Origin: Fidelibacterota bacterium
GTDB taxonomy: Bacteria; Fidelibacterota; UBA2242; B5-G15
Direction of reading: 5' to 3'
Assembly: GCA_017656425.1 (NCBI GenBank)
Contig: JACDNV010000003.1
Coordinates: 164,212-228,211 of the forward strand
DNA length: 64,000 nt
Shown one piece after another: positions 63,798-64,000 of the stretch. A program made the translations under genes and the position numbers. Numbering within the stretch: the stretch's first letter is position 1; each line of letters begins with the position of its first letter. Below the pieces are notes generated by a model. It made no database searches. It saw only the letters and a program-made list of their open reading frames with translations, and had not been told where the DNA came from.

Positions 63798-64000
63798 CAC
63801 TCTTCTCCGGAAAATATTCTTCACATATTCTCACAACAAAAACCACAATATCAAAAATTCAGCAATATTTACGAATATTTTAACGAATATTTTTATTTAA
63901 TATAAGTTAATTTTTTCATGAATATGAACTTCAAAAGGTTATGTCAATTCATCAAGTCAAAAATGTTGTGTAAATTCACCCGCCTTAACGGGAGTTTCCC

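Noticed and set aside
63800..64000. Cobalamin or SAM riboswitch upstream of the corrinoid gene
   Set aside because: No B12-box or SAM-I core motifs seen in the available sequence.

Overview
Low-GC chromosomal window from a flagellated diderm bacterium. The gene set (FCB-type LptD and F1Fo subunits, alternative GlmU-like protein, DUF3467/DUF2490-like genes) suggests an FCB-related lineage such as Calditrichota, KSB1 or Marinimicrobia; this placement is inference only. 1-19.4 kb (minus): a large chemosensory/flagellar regulatory cluster with a two-Hpt CheA, CheW, two MCPs sharing an identical 567-bp block, a YfiR-like protein, CheR, CheD, CheB, two CheY, CheX-like and CheZ-like phosphatases, two HDOD proteins, a FapA-like protein, atypical response regulators and a truncated NtrC-type receiver. 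19.6-31.6 kb: hybrid kinase, beta-barrel plus RMDN-like TPR protein, a DtxR-porin-feoAB operon facing a putative metal exporter, and small enzymes. 31.8-44.2 kb: a tightly packed parA-parB-M23-bactofilin-atp-aspS-phoH run. 44.3-64 kb: PBP1A, rplU/rpmA, ferredoxin, MFSD1-like MFS, RarA, an OstA/LptA-LptD fusion, zinc-ribbon proteins, and a split corrinoid/homocysteine methyltransferase pair. No rRNA, tRNA, CRISPR or transposase was recognised. Best leads: the YfiR-like/CHASE8-like chemoreceptor module, the identical compositionally odd MCP block, sigma54-like GG-N10-GA promoters with a shared GG-N9-CC motif, the dual-Hpt CheA, and the LptA-LptD fusion. All family calls are from motif recognition by eye; no database search was run.
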